A stretch of DNA of 64,000 nt, taken from the NCBI GenBank assembly GCA_009103225.1, contig RHPI01000249.1, positions 310,006 to 374,005 on the forward strand, written 5' to 3'. The position numbers and the translations under genes were made by a program. Positions 1-12,697 of this stretch are shown here, piece by piece. The first letter of the stretch is position 1, and every line of letters begins with the position of its first letter. The stretch comes from Chlorokybus atmophyticus. Taxonomy: Eukaryota; Plantae; Mesostigma and Chlorokybus algae. The notes under the pieces are model-generated. The model made no database searches and was not told where the DNA came from. It saw only the letters and a program-made list of their open reading frames with translations.

Positions 1-727
1 AAGAAATGCTTCGCCACTATGTGGCTCCTAACCATGCTGATTGGGACAGGTACTTGCCAATGGCAGAGTTCGCTGTGAACAATGCGTGGCAGAAAAGTGT
101 AAAGGAAACCCCATTTTTCTTGAATTATGGGATTCGCCGAACACACCAGCGTCATTGCGTGTACCTCGCAATGCCCTAACTGTACTAGCGGCAAAGAAAT
201 TTGCCACTGATATGCAAGAAAATTTGGCTTAAGCCAAGCTATGTCTGTAAGAAGCACAGGACAGGCAAAAAGCTTATGCTGATACACATTGAAGAATGGC
301 CACTTTCGATGTCGGCAATAAAGTTTTGCCTAACGCAAAGAACATGACCCTCAAAGGTACGTGTGCTTGCAAGCTGCTGCCCCGATGGTTAGGTCCTTTC
401 TCTGTCACTGATGGAGTTGGTACGCACGCTTATCGACTGCCCCCAAGTGTGCGTATACACAACGTGTTCCACGTGAACTTGTTGAAACCATACCGCTCAT
501 ACGGTAGAACACAGCCTCCACCACCACCGGTTGAGGTGGACAGCGAGCTCGAATACGAGGTGGAAACCATTTTGGCCCATAAGCTGAATACTCAGGGACG
601 CGCAACCCGCTATTTAGTGAAATGGAAAGGGTATGGCCCGGAACATAACAGTTGGGAGCCCGACAGGCATCTTGCGCACTGCCGCGAGTTGCTTCGAGCT
701 GACTGGGACACACGTCCCGACCCGTGA
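1..727 (+). mobile_element. Ty3/Gypsy (chromovirus-type) LTR retrotransposon pol 3' end: integrase C-terminus plus chromodomain, degenerate
   Basis: Translation EMLRHYVAPNHADWDRYLPMAEFAVNNAWQKSVKETPFFLNYG (integrase core end), KLLPRWLGPF (GPF motif), IHNVFHVNLLKPY, then EYEVETILAHK...YLVKWKGYGPEHNSWEP (chromodomain). Several stops and a frameshift lie between about 180 and 295. Confidence 0.93.
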
Positions 728-871
728 AACTGTGGGCTTGGTTGATGACAGACTGGCAATGCAGTTTCATTACCACCTTGTCATTTCCTGCTATCTTACT
801 AGTTACAATTACTTGAAATCAAGCCTGATCAACTTGAGTTCAACGAGGACGTTGAAAACCCAAGTGGGGAA

Positions 872-1266
872 TGTAACGGGAGCAATAATATTAGGGGTAT
901 TATTGCTACCAAAATAACACATTTTGTATGAATAAGTATCTAAATATGCTTATTTAAACCTCTTTTCTACGGTTCCTCGCTTATTAAAGGCTATGATGCT
1001 TTATCATAGCTTAAATAATTCCCAATGAGTGTAGAGCCGCTTACTCAAGCCTATTTAGTGTCAGATTTGATAAAATGTGATCACTATCTCGTTAGGTACC
1101 TTACGATAGGTATCTTTCGATAGGCACCTTATTGATAGGTACTTTATCTGAGCTGTGATTGGCTCACGCAAGATTTCCTAACTACCTATCGGTAGGGTCG
1201 ATATTCAGTTGTGAGTTAATTATCGAGAGGTGTATATTTGTTATACTCTTAATATAAAACGTCACA
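872..1266 (+). mobile_element. Probable 3' LTR of the chromovirus
   Basis: Purine tract AAGTGGGGAA (862-871) is followed by TGTAAC at 872; the segment ends GTCACA at 1266 (imperfect terminal inverted repeat). It is AT-rich with internal 14-15 bp tandem repeats (TAGGTACCTTACGA-like, about 1093-1148). The 5' LTR is outside the window. Confidence 0.65.
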
Positions 1267-1394
1267 TCAAACCGATGTGACCTCGCTTTTAGTTCTCTGC
1301 TCAGTGGCGGCCACGCCGCTGAAAGGCTTGTCATACGCGGTGTGGGTGTTGGGGTAGAGGATTGAAGGGGCATCACCGGCGACAGTGGTGCTGT

Positions 1395-1580
1395 TACATC
1401 GAGGCCGTGTTTGGCAAGCGGTTTTAAAATTACAATAAAAGATTTTGGACCGAATATCTTGTCAAGTGGCTTGGTTATGGCGAGGAGCGTAACACCTGGG
1501 AGCCAATATCTAACTTGACAAACTGTGATGTCAAGTTGGGCAAGTTTGAGAGTGAACTCAAATCCACAGGTGCCACTTGA
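1395..1580 (+). mobile_element. Second, different Gypsy chromodomain remnant
   Basis: YIEAVFGKRF*NYNKRFWTEYLVKWLGYGEERNTWEPISNLTNC with an in-frame TAA at 1425-1427; not in the ORF track. Confidence 0.85.
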
Positions 1581-3239
1581 GAGCATGTGCTCGGTTGCAA
1601 CACATTCATGTGCAACTTTCTCTTCTTATGTGACATGCCAATAAGCGCGCACTGGTACCTAATACCAGAGTTGGTTGTCACTCCCGCGACTTGCATTTTG
1701 TTTTAAGCGTGGTGTGCGGTAATTCAGTAGGGCTGGCCACCCTAGCTGGCAATTATTGTGCGGGACACAAGCCCCATTCTTTGCAACATGGAAGTTGCAA
1801 TGCAAGTGGGGAGGAATGTCACGCCCAAAGGGCTGGCGAAAGTCACTCTAAGTTCCCTACTTATGTGGTAAGTAAGAGGGACCAAGTGAGGATTCCGCAT
1901 GCCATGGTGTGTAGCACTTGGCATGTGTGCTTATGCGGTCAGTCCTTGTCTACTTAGTAGCTAGGGCTATGTAGCTGCACAAGGCACTGTATATTAGGGC
2001 TGTTCGGTGTCATATGCTCTGCATGACTTGTGGAGTGCCAGTGCAGTGACACTGGGGCAGCGTATGTGCTGCAAGTGGCAAATCACAGGTCAATCATGCG
2101 ATTTGCCAGTATGATATGTTTGAACAAGCACAGGCCGGATTTTGGCATTTTGCAAATACTTGTCATATGTTTGACAATCTCGAGGTATGATAATCCCGTG
2201 GTTGATGTCCTGTGATGGGACAGGTCCTATGTGAACACAGTCAGCATTTGCTGGAAGGTCAGCACACAGTGACAAGGCCTTGGACCTTGGAAATGCTGTG
2301 TGCCAGGTCGGGAGAGCGGCAACTGGTATAAAAGCTCAGTTGCTACCTTGAGTAGGGATCAGAGTGTGTTCACCATTGAAGGGCCACTTGTGTGTGGGGT
2401 GCCTGGTTGTAGCTGTTGAAGGGGCTCTCCCCCTCATCTCTTATGGGGTGTGTGTGTGGCGTCTGTGGGTGGCACTTGTGTGTGTGGGAGCTGTTGGAGG
2501 GCTGGTCATCCTCTCCTACCAACTCTAGTGCTGTGTCTTCCCTCCACGAGGTGCTGCACCAGGGTGTGTTGTGCATAAGTCTTTTGTGCTTGTGCGCAAG
2601 TTGGTGAGGCTCACTAGCAAGTAAGTGAGTGGTATTGTTACAATGTGGGCATGTGCGCATGTGAGGCTACTCACACTTGTACCCTTAAATAAAGGGTAAA
2701 AGATTTTTCATCTGATTCCTTGTATATAGGTGATCCCAACTTAAAAAGCTTTTCCACTTATCATGTGTTGTAAGTCGATGTGCTTGTACATAAGTGTGGA
2801 AGCCAAGATAGAAACGTTCTAACCGTGGTTTACGCATATGTACTCCTAAGTCATGCAATAATGCTATGTAGCATTATTGCATGAGTCACTTACAACCAAT
2901 GGCATGACAGTACAGCCACAACATGTACACTTACAATAAACTTGTACTATGAGTCACTTATAGTACAAGTTTCATATAAAGTGCAAGCACAAGGGTAAGC
3001 AAGCCAATCAACCGAAATTAACAAATACCATAGATTAAATGATGCATTACGATTGTATCATACTGCTTAGGCAATAATAAAGCACTTGCTGCTCAGGCAT
3101 GCTTGACAACGCATGTGAAGCATGCATTATCATGCGACCATCTGGCAATGCCTTGACAAATCTGGCTGCATGCACAAGGGCACAATAGGTTTCCCTCGCG
3201 ATCAGGTGTTGTGCTCTCTTGCCGAGTCCTGCGTAGCTG

Positions 3240-4036
3240 ACCTTTAAGATACATGTCAGTACCCTACTTTTGGCTGCAAACTCCCATCTCTTTCGAAAGA
3301 TTTACGAGAGCGGCATGGTGGAGACTGCTGAGCGCACAACACGGACAGCACCACTACATGTCACTATGTGCAATGATGGTGAGCATACACGAACAGTTTT
3401 TGTCAAAGCATTAGGCCTGCGGCCTGCTGTGGGCCAAACGTTGCTCTCCATATTGGCCTTGGAAAGTTGCATATCGATGCCACACTGCTGCATGCGCGTC
3501 ACCGCATTGATGTGGTCTGCATACCTGGCTTGTTGCATAGAGTCCAACAACCACGTGTGATTCTTGTTATCAGAGATAGTGGCATTCCAGCAGCTGCTGC
3601 ATTACATGTATACGCAAGGATGCGTGTCAACGGCCCACAAGGACGCAGCTCTTTCAACTGCTTGCTGATAAGTACGCAGTGGAATCTTGCGTGGAGCATT
3701 GTGCTCTGCAGCTGCAACCCAAGCCAATCAGCACGCACAGTGCAGATGAACAATTACCTGCCTGTCTGCAACTGCTGGACCTTCCAGAACACTTGTTGTC
3801 TCATGCCGCAGTTGCCAAGCTGCAGGTAATTGCAACACAGCCAGTCATATCTGTCACAAATGTGAGTGCATTCGGGCATCGCTTATATGAACAACTTGTA
3901 ACTCTCACTGTATGTTGATCTGCAGACTACGGCTATGACCTTGTCGGTGAAGTACTACAAGTCCATCAGCAAACTTCCCGTTTCTCGATGCGGCCTTGCA
4001 ATATCTTATCTCCCAGTGAGTTGCGATGTCAATATG

Positions 4037-4073
<37 letters not shown>

Positions 4074-5069
4074 TGTTAACCCAACATACTTGAAGGCTCC
4101 AAGGTCTGCGACCAAACATGTCAGCCTAGCATATAACTCAGTGCCTCTGCACTTTTGAACCCTTCAGGTTGTTTGATGGCTGGTGGAGAGCAAAGCACTA
4201 GCCGGAGATGAACAAGTGTTAGTGTTCTGTTTCGCATCTCTATGGTTAAGTTACACACGTTGCGGCTCGGACGGGCGCGTATCTGAGAATGCCAGGCATG
4301 TGTTTGCCAAACTGGTCGGCAGCAGCCGCTTCCCCCTGCTGTCCAAAATGTACGTAGAGCAAGTTGTCGCACACTCCGGCCTGATGCACGAGGCGGAGTC
4401 TCATGCTGCGCCAGTCGCCATCAAGAAGGAGTTGCTTGTTTGGAGTTCAGCGCTGGTTGGACACTCTCGTTTCCAGCAACGTGACTTGCAGCATGACTCT
4501 TGCAAGTGGAAGGTGGACAGGACTGGCACTGAACCGCAATCATATGAGTTACCATCCCGCATCATTCAAGGTGGCCTCTGATGAGCATATACTGCGCAGC
4601 GCTGGTTGTTACTGTCTAATTTTGTGCACATTGGCCTTTAACGCAGCTAAAGCCATGTAGAGTTGTGCAGGGTTCCTTGTCAGTTTTGAAGTCAGCATCA
4701 ACATCGGCAATAGCAGTCAATCCATAGTTGATGTAAAGGTGGTAGTTAGCCCTCCCCCCCCCACTTGTTGACATGTCTCGACACACTGGCTGGTGGTTGG
4801 TGACAGTTTCCTCGCGATCCTTCTGCAATCGTGGCTCAACTTGGACGTGTTGGACAGCACTATCAGCCTCTCGTATGAACAGACCGCAAACAATGGCGAA
4901 GATCTACGGGTGGTTACCGCGTGACACTGCAAGGCACATCCGGTTTCAAGCAGATGTTCGCATGGAACACCACACAGGATGGATTGATACACGTAATAGA
5001 TCGCCAGTTCAGGTTTTCTTCAACCCAAGTGGCGAGCGTGGCGTCGATGATGACAGCGATGACGAGTAG
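3240..5069 (+). pseudogene. BTB/POZ-BACK (LRB/POB1-like) CUL3 adaptor pseudogene, copy 1 (5' end missing)
   Basis: Exons IHVSTLLLAANSHLFRKIYESGMVET; FQQLLHYMYTQG...ADKYAVESCVEHC (frameshift before ADKY); VV*WLVESKALAGDE...LVGSSRFPLLSK (TGA); C-terminal exon ending DDDSDDE*. Motif order matches recalled LRB-family proteins. Confidence 0.85.
4041..4072. repeat. (GT)16 microsatellite in an intron of BTB copy 1
   Basis: Direct reading of the sequence. Confidence 0.95.
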
Positions 5070-6591
5070 CTGGCGATGGTGTTCAAAGTGTGTAAGTGGT
5101 GACAATAGCGACATGCTATAGACTTACATGCATACATGAACTGAACCTTCCTTGCCAGTGTTAAGTACGAGGTAGTTGTTACCACTGTACACGCTGAGCG
5201 TTATGTGCAAGTATAGTGCGTCGTTCGCTCACATTAGTCTGCAAATATATCAAAAGGAAGACCTTGCTAAGCGAGTTCTCACCTAACATACTTCGTGTTA
5301 TGTGCCACAGTACATGTTACTGACATGTGCATTGAGGTGTGCTGTTGCAACTCATGTAAGCAAGTACCCATTCCACAATTTGCAATAGCATTGCCTTTGA
5401 CAGACTCTAGATCGCGAGTATTCAAGCATTTGGGCTGATTAATATGGTGCTCAAAACCTAACCTGGTTGGCGCCCGTGCCTTGCATCCAGTCTGTGTAAG
5501 TAAATCAAGCGCAGACAATAGACAAGTGCTTGAAATGAGTCGTGTCTACACGAAGCTGAGGAAAGCCAGTGCCCACCTCCCCTCCCCCCTTCCCACCCCT
5601 CTCACACACATTGTGAAGAATAGCCGAGACACTGAGCAACAAGGCCCCAGCCCGCACACCAGCAAGCTGCACAATCAACCAGCAAGCACTGTTGACGTTA
5701 GCCGTACACGGGTATTACGGGTAAAACGAGTCATGTTGGAGGCTGCGTGTGCGCATGTGCACTGTGGGAGACGAAAGGCTGACATGCTCGGTGTGTGTGC
5801 AGCTATTGGCTGTGTGACTGGCATGCATACATCACACACACAGAGCAGGGGAGGTGGGTTGTTTGTAGTGCTAGTAGTAAGCTAGGCAAACTGTAGCATG
5901 ATGGTCATTAGCCCGGTGGTCGTATATGTTACCATAGATGGTTTAAGCATGGCAATGGTGGCATGGTGGAGCTGTCCACAGCATGTGTGTAGCGCCTCTT
6001 GCACACGCCACGCACGGTGAACTGCTGGTGTAGAGTAACAGCATGAGATGCCATGTGCTGAGTGCTGCATGTTGTGCTGGTAGTGTGTATGTTGCACACC
6101 TTGCATGCTGCTAATGTAGCATGCGATCTCCTATACGCACGCACGCACGCACACACACACACGCGCATGCATGCATGCACGAGGTACGCATGGGGAGCAG
6201 GCTGGTGGTAGTGAAGCTAGCCCATACCACAGCATCCACACACACAAGCCCCACCCCACGCCATGACCTACTGTACAATCACAGCATGCAGCACTGAGCT
6301 AGTACCAGCGCTTATGCTATGCGCGTCAGCATTGCACGCAGTTCCGCACTGCTAACGTTGACAATGCAGCCCTTGCGTATGGTCGTGCAAGGGGCGCAGC
6401 AACCGAAGAGGGCCAATGATGAGGAGGAGGAGGAGGAGGAGGGTGGCGGAGGGACGGAGGGAGAGGAGGGGGAGTGTCAGTCTGCTAGTGTAATGCTGTG
6501 ACGTGACCATGAACGTTACCTGACTGTTTGGCGCCTTGTGTACACGTACATGTAATTACGCATGCATTGTCTTGCATGCCTGTTAGCTAGC

Positions 6592-6715
6592 GGTTACGCC
6601 ACACTTGCAGAAGGAGTGCGAGGAGACTGTCACCAACCACCAGCCAGTGTATCGAGACATGTCAACCAATGGCGGAGGCCTAACCACCACCTTCACCAAG
6701 TCCTGCCCCGAGCAC
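6592..6715 (-). pseudogene. 3' fragment of a BTB-BACK gene (probably the distal part of copy 2)
   Basis: Reverse complement encodes VKVVVRPPPLVDMSRYTGWWLVTVSSHSFC, aligning with copy 1 at about 4735-4830 (VKVVVSPPPPLVDMSRHTGWWLVTVSSRSFC). Confidence 0.8.
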
Positions 6716-7002
6716 CAAGGCCACGCTTGCTGGGGCGTCCACCGGAGGCCCTCTTCCAACAGCTGAGTGCCTTGACGCAGTTGTTGCTGGTTGCCTGGAT
6801 GCATCAGCTTTCTAACCCACTATGCACGACGAACCAGACTGCTTGTCCATCGCCGTAGACGGCCCCTTGTTTGCAAAATGGTAGTCAGTACTCAGTTTCC
6901 GTGCACTAGTCTTTTCATTCCCGTTCACACGAGCGCTTGAGTCAGCTACGAGTGTTAGGCTTGCGTGGCTACAGCTAGTGTGCACAGACAGCGAGGCTAC
7001 CG

Positions 7003-10000
7003 ATGTTGCTTGCTGCACATCCTGTAGCAAGGACGGGAGATGTGCAATGCATCTTTGCATCCGCAGCATGTGCTACACAAGTGCTTGCAAGCACTCAACG
7101 CTACTTGCTCCGGCTGTGTGGAGGCCAGCGAGTCCGTGTTCAGCGGTGGGAGGAGGCATCCACGACGCTTGAGTGGATATCCTTCCTCGGCATGCGCCCG
7201 GAGTTGCTCCCATTCATGCGTGCAGCTACTCACCGCTTGGCAGGCTCGGACATGCTCTGCCGAACAGCCAGTCCGGCACTGCTCTGCCCTTCCAGACTTC
7301 CAGCACACGGTTCGCCTTTCACCCACACCCAGGTGCAGTCGTGCCAAAGAACGTGCATTCCGTGTGCCGAGGGAGGGGGGTTGGATCACATACACGGTGG
7401 ACGTGCTCACCTCCTCCTCCCCCCCGCTGTGCTTCTACTGTAAGCCCGGGCGCGGTGTCCGCACGCTCCAACCCGAGGCGCCAAGCAGCCTCCTGCTCAG
7501 CCTAAGGTCCCCCCCCCCTCGCATTGCCCCTCCTCTTGCTCAGGCAGATGGTGTACAAGCGGGGAGCCTGTCTCTCACCGCTGGCGACAGCGGCGCTTTC
7601 ACTGCTCCGGCTACGGTGCTATCAACGCATGGTCTCACAAACACGCAGGCTGCAGATGGCTAGCAGCAAGTCACGCGCAAACAGAAAGGGGTGGCAAGAC
7701 AGGAGGCTGGCTCATCCTCTACCCAAGTGCAGCAACCCCACCCCCCTACTGTTTGCTCCCCACCTGTTCAATCTCTCTCTCCAGCCACGCCTGCACACGC
7801 TCCCCGCTCGGAGTCGTGGTATGACATGGTGGAGGAGGACCAGCTGGCCGCGACGCAGCAGGACCCACCCCCCCTCGAGGCAGCGCCCCCCGCTCATGTA
7901 CTTTCAGACACGCTCGCCCCAATGCTCTCGCGCCTTGGCATAGACGTAGGGGAGGCGGACTTCGACACGGTGTGTGCAGTTCTAATGCTGGGCGCAGGCC
8001 TCACGGCGCAAGCTGGCCAGGCACAGCTGCTGCTGTCGGATGTCGACCAGATCTCTGGCCTAAGGGTGGAGGCGCTTCAACCCCCCCTGCCCAGACGGCC
8101 AGTTTTGGAGGAATGGCTGTGGGAGCGGCTGCATGCTCCTCTTCAGGCGCTGGGCTTCACCCCGGCCAGCGGCTCGGAGGCAATGTCGCTGCGCTCCATG
8201 CTATCCCATGCTTTTGCAGTTCGGGGCAACGGGCGTCGCCGCACTAAGCTCTACATCATGCTGGTCCTGCCGGCGGACGCATCTTCTCTATCTCTCCCGC
8301 TCACACCGTCTCAGCGTTGGGTGTCGCTGGATGAATGGGAGTCGGCACTGCAAGACAGGCAGGCAGCTGGCAGGACCGTCACTTCGGGCCTTACTTTCCA
8401 TGCTGCGTTTCATTCTTGGCGGTCCACCCTCCCGCAAACAGCCGAGACACCAAGCGAGCCTCCTCTGCACAGCTCTGCTGCATGCAGCTCGGTGGCCCGG
8501 CAGCTGTTTTCTCCGCCCAGACTTGCGAGCCCGGAGCAGCACCCGCGCAGGCCCTTGTCGCCTGCTCCTCACCCTGTGAAGGCGCGAGCGTCTTTCATAT
8601 CTCCGGAGAAGGCTCCCCCCCCCCCCCCCCCNNNNNNNNNNNNNNNNNNNNNNNNNNNNNNNNNNNNNNNNNNNNNNNNNNNNNNNNNNNNNNNNNNNNN
8701 NNNNNNNNNNNNNNNNNNNNNNNNNNNNNNNNNNNNNNNAGGCCCCCCCCCCCCCCCCCCGAGCGGTGCGCTCGGTGATGGTCGTCCTCCGTTGCCAGGA
8801 CGGGGAGTGGTGGTTAGGCCTGGGTCGGTGCCCTCAACCATCCCCCACCCCCTTCGCTTTAGCCAGCTCGGAGGAAGTTGCAGAGGAGCCCCATCTATGT
8901 CGCCTTGTGGCTCGGGATCTGCAGCTCCCAGAGGACTCTCCTTAGGAAGAATGGGAGGCCGCCACCAGTGTGTTGACGCTGCGCATGCAAGAGGAACAGA
9001 TACAGCGCTGCATGGTTTGGGTGCTAACGCTGCCGGGGCATGCACACGCCACCGGTGATGGCGAGGTGGTGTGGGCAAACGTTCGCAAACTCCCGTAGGC
9101 GGGAGACTTGCGGGAGACTTGGTGACGTGGAAGCAGGTGCGATGGAGGGCGCGTTCATTAACTACAGCAGCAACTGGAGGCTGTCAGGCGAACGCATGAG
9201 CCGCTCCCTTTTTGCTAGGGGCAGAGCAGACAGGGTGTCTGCCCCGCTGCTGACACTGGACTTTACTACACAACGGCATGACCCAACCCTCCGCACACAA
9301 GCTTAGCTGCAGGAGGCCGCGAGGGATTTCTACACGCAGTCGTACACCTCTTCGGCAGCAGAGGCTTCGGCTAAAGAGGCAGCGCAGGCAGAATGTGTCC
9401 GGCATGTTTCACCCGTGCTCCTCCTTGCAGACAGCGCCGACCTTGATGCACCTATCACGCAGGAAGAGCTGCTGGTTGCACTTCGCTCGATGGATGCGCA
9501 CAAAAGCCCTGACATCGACGGCTTCACTGCAGCTTTTTGGCTGCATATGTGGCCTGTGCTAGGCGCCGACTATGCAAAGTACTGTCAGCTGGTGCTGGAG
9601 CGCGGGCACATGGGCAACACAACGCACAGGTGTCATCGCCCTTCTGCATAAGAAAGGCTCTATCGGACTTGCGCAACACTTGGTGCCCCATCACGCTGCT
9701 CACGTTGCACTATAAGATCCTAGCCAAGTCCTTTGCTCTACGCCTCTCTCCCTTGCTCCCGGAAGTCCTGTCCGCGGAACAGACAGGGGTTCATCAAGCA
9801 CAGGTACATCTTGGACAACATCCTCACTGCACTCGACTTTATCTATTGGGCTGAAGCCTCCCATCAAAAGCTTGCTCTCCTGCTCTTGGACTGCGAGAAA
9901 GCTTTGATCAGATGGACTGGTCCTTCTTGGATAAAGTCCTTCACGCGTTAGGGTTCCGCCAAACCTTCAGAGGGTGGGTACGCACTCTTAACGATGGGGG

Positions 10001-12697
10001 TTCAACCTCGGTCATGGTGAATGGCTACCTCACGGAGGAGTTTTCTCTCCAACGCAGCGACAGCGCTGCCCAATGGCACCGGCCTTGTTCGTCACAGCCA
10101 CGGAGGCCCTCGGCGCCATGCTCCAGGCGAAACCGTCTTGTCAAGGGCTTGTGCTCCCCGGTAACAGCCACCCTAGCGAGGCATCCCCTGATGAGGTCAG
10201 GTACTTTGCCTTTGCGGACGACACGGCTGTGTTGCTGGAGGTCTCTCAACAAGCCTTCCTAGCTTTTTCTTTGGTAATGAGCACCTACTGCCTAGCTTCG
10301 GATTCCTAGCTCAGTCTTCACAAGTCCATCGGTCTGCTCCTGGGCTCAGTGCGCCCCCTCCCTGCTCTAGACTGGGGGGTGAAGTGGCTGCAGCCGGGGG
10401 AAGCCACCACGCCGCTGGGGATACCTGTGGGCATCTCTCTGCAGCAACCACAGCTGTTCGAAGCCGTCCTGGAAAAGTTGCACAAGCGCATGCACATGTG
10501 GGCAGGCCATTACTTGTCATTGATGGGCAGAGCTTTGGTTGCCAACCAAGCAATACTCGCCTGTTTACGGTACACATCAGCGGTGGCTTCTCCATCCCAT
10601 GCACTCATGCAGGACTTGCGCAGAGAGTGCATAGGCTTTTCCTGGAGGTCTCAACCCTCCCCAGGCCCAGCCTCCATTACGGTCCGAGGCAAGGTGCAAT
10701 GGCAGGTGTTGTGTCTCCCTAAGAGCCTAGGGGGCTTGGGGTTGCTTGACCCCTCGCTGCAGTCGCAAGCGCTTCTGGCGAAGTGGGCGGCGAGGTTGGT
10801 TGATCCCACCTGGACCCCTTGGAAAGTTCTTGGCATCTCAGACCCACTCTGCCAGCAGCTGGCAGAGTGGGTCTCAGATGCGCGTGAGCCCACGATGCAG
10901 TGGATGCCTCCAGCAGCGCTCCTCTCCACAGACCTACTAGTGCACAACCGTGTTGCACGTCACTTGCAGGCCATCTTCAAGGCGTGGAAAGCCGTGGCCC
11001 CTACACACCGTCCCCCTCCCTCTACCTACGGGGAAACCCGGGTTTCCCCGTAGGTAGAGAGAGAAATGTTGGCGGAGGGCCCTCCGCCAACATTTATTCT
11101 TCAACGCCCACATTCGTCTGCCAGATGGCAAAGTGTTGGGTGTGGGGGAGTGTAGGCAGTGGTTTTGCCGGTGGGCTCGGGAGGGATTTCACAGGGTTTG
11201 CGACTTATCTGACCCACTCCTCCGGCGCCCATACACACGGCCGAGGAGCTCTACTACTGGGCCCCGCACTCCACGCACCAGCGTCTGGACACACTGTGGG
11301 CAGCCATCCCGCAGACATGGCTTGCTCTCCTCCATGCAGGACCTGGCCTGCCGGCGGCGGGGGAATGGTGGGCTGCTCCAGCAGCGGACGGCGTCTTGAC
11401 TTCAGTGCTCCTGGTCTCGTCCGTGAGCGCTGCGCAGTGTCGGGGTAGTCTCTTCCCCCTCTCAGGTCGGCAGCACAACACCCTCTTGGCCGGGGAAGAG
11501 GAGGGCCAGCTCTTCCTCCAGGCTGCATGTCGCGTTCATATCCTCCCCACCCCTTAGCGCTGGCGGAGGGGTCCCGCTCCTTTCTCTCCGGCCTGGCAGG
11601 AGCTGCCTGCAGCTTCTCGCTACCACGCTTGGTATCTTGCGGGTGGCGCGGCCCTTGCCGACGTCCATTATGATCCTCAAGCGGCAGGCTGGTCTGCCGA
11701 GCTCGGCAGACCAGCCTGGCTTTTTCACAACCGTTCCCACTCTGTGGGAGTATTCTTCCCACTTGGGCTATCGTGTTCTCTCTTGCAGGTCGGCATCCCT
11801 TGCGCCAGGCCCACAGCGCTGGAGAATGTTTGACCCAGCGTTACCCTGGCAGCAAATTTGGCGAGGCGTGCAGTTCTCTCCATCTCCGGGTACACACCGC
11901 AGACTTATGTGGCTCATTGCGCATAGCGCTCTCTTTACGGGAGAGCGGCTGCAATACATGTGTGCAGACGAAGAGTGCTTGACCTGCCACGCAGCTCCGG
12001 TAGAGACCACGCTACACATTTTCCATACATGCGAGGCTGCCACGCAGCTGTGGGGTTGGGTGCAGACTCTGTTTGCCAACCTTGGCGCTAGTCTGCGCAC
12101 CTGGGCGCATGCCATTGTTGGTGTCGGCACACCTGTCTCGCCCAGCAGCTTTTTGCTGATGTGGCGCCATATTCGCCCCATAGCACTATGGTGTTTATGG
12201 TGCCATCGCTGCGCTTATAGGTATGGCCGCTCATTACCATGGGCGGTGCTCCGTGCAAAGCTCTTCCAGGCAGTCTCCTTGCTCGCTAGGGAGGAGTGGC
12301 TGTCGGTCATCACCTCCCCGCTCAAGGATGACAAGCCCACCATTGCAATGTCCTCCTTCACTTCCACATGGGGCAGCAAGGGCTTCCTCTGCAAGGTCGC
12401 ACAGACCCTACCTTCCGAAGGTGGAGTGGCGACACTGGTCCTTTCTGGCGGACGATGGCTGATAGGTAGACAACTTCTTACACCATCCCGTGCTCGGGGA
12501 CACTTAGTGCTTGGGTTTACTCTTGTTCTGTTCGTTACTTGGCTGTTCTTCTTAGGCTGGCAGTCATAGTGCTGCTAGCCACCACGCAGTCTTAGTTAGA
12601 TCCTTTTTGCTAGTGGTTTTTTCTACTTTTCAACCTTGCTCGTCTTTATTAATATGATTCTCTGTTGGCCTTGAAGGAAAAAATAAAAGTACAAAAA
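7003..12697 (+). mobile_element. L1-clade non-LTR retrotransposon (LINE), degenerate; 5' boundary approximate
   Basis: ORF1-like VQCIFASAACATQVL...VRVQRWE...WISFLGMRPEL and a CFYCK knuckle remnant. ORF2 linker GAFINYSSNWRLSGE; RT motifs KSPDIDGFTAAFW, PITLLTLHYKILAK, LDCEKA, damaged RQxCP, FADD; LCLPKSLGGLGL; zf-RVT CLTCHAAPVETTLHIFHTC; A-rich 3' tail AAAAAATAAAAGTACAAAAA at about 12676-12697. Many frameshifts and stops. Confidence 0.93.
8632..8739. other. Assembly gap (108 N) flanked by poly-C
   Basis: Direct reading; true length unknown. Confidence 0.99.

Noticed and set aside
5100-6560. Possible spliced gene (Glu-rich/Ser-rich stretch at 6420-6480 and exon-like pieces)
   Set aside because: No consistent spliced frame or recognisable domain could be built.
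6812-7069. Minus-strand ORF as part of the BTB gene (NGNEK similar to NENEK in copy 4)
   Set aside because: The similarity is only a few residues, and the plus strand here reads as LINE ORF1; left unresolved.
7691-9058. 455-aa ORF as a single real protein
   Set aside because: It crosses the N gap; after the gap the protein-like frame is a different one (8763).
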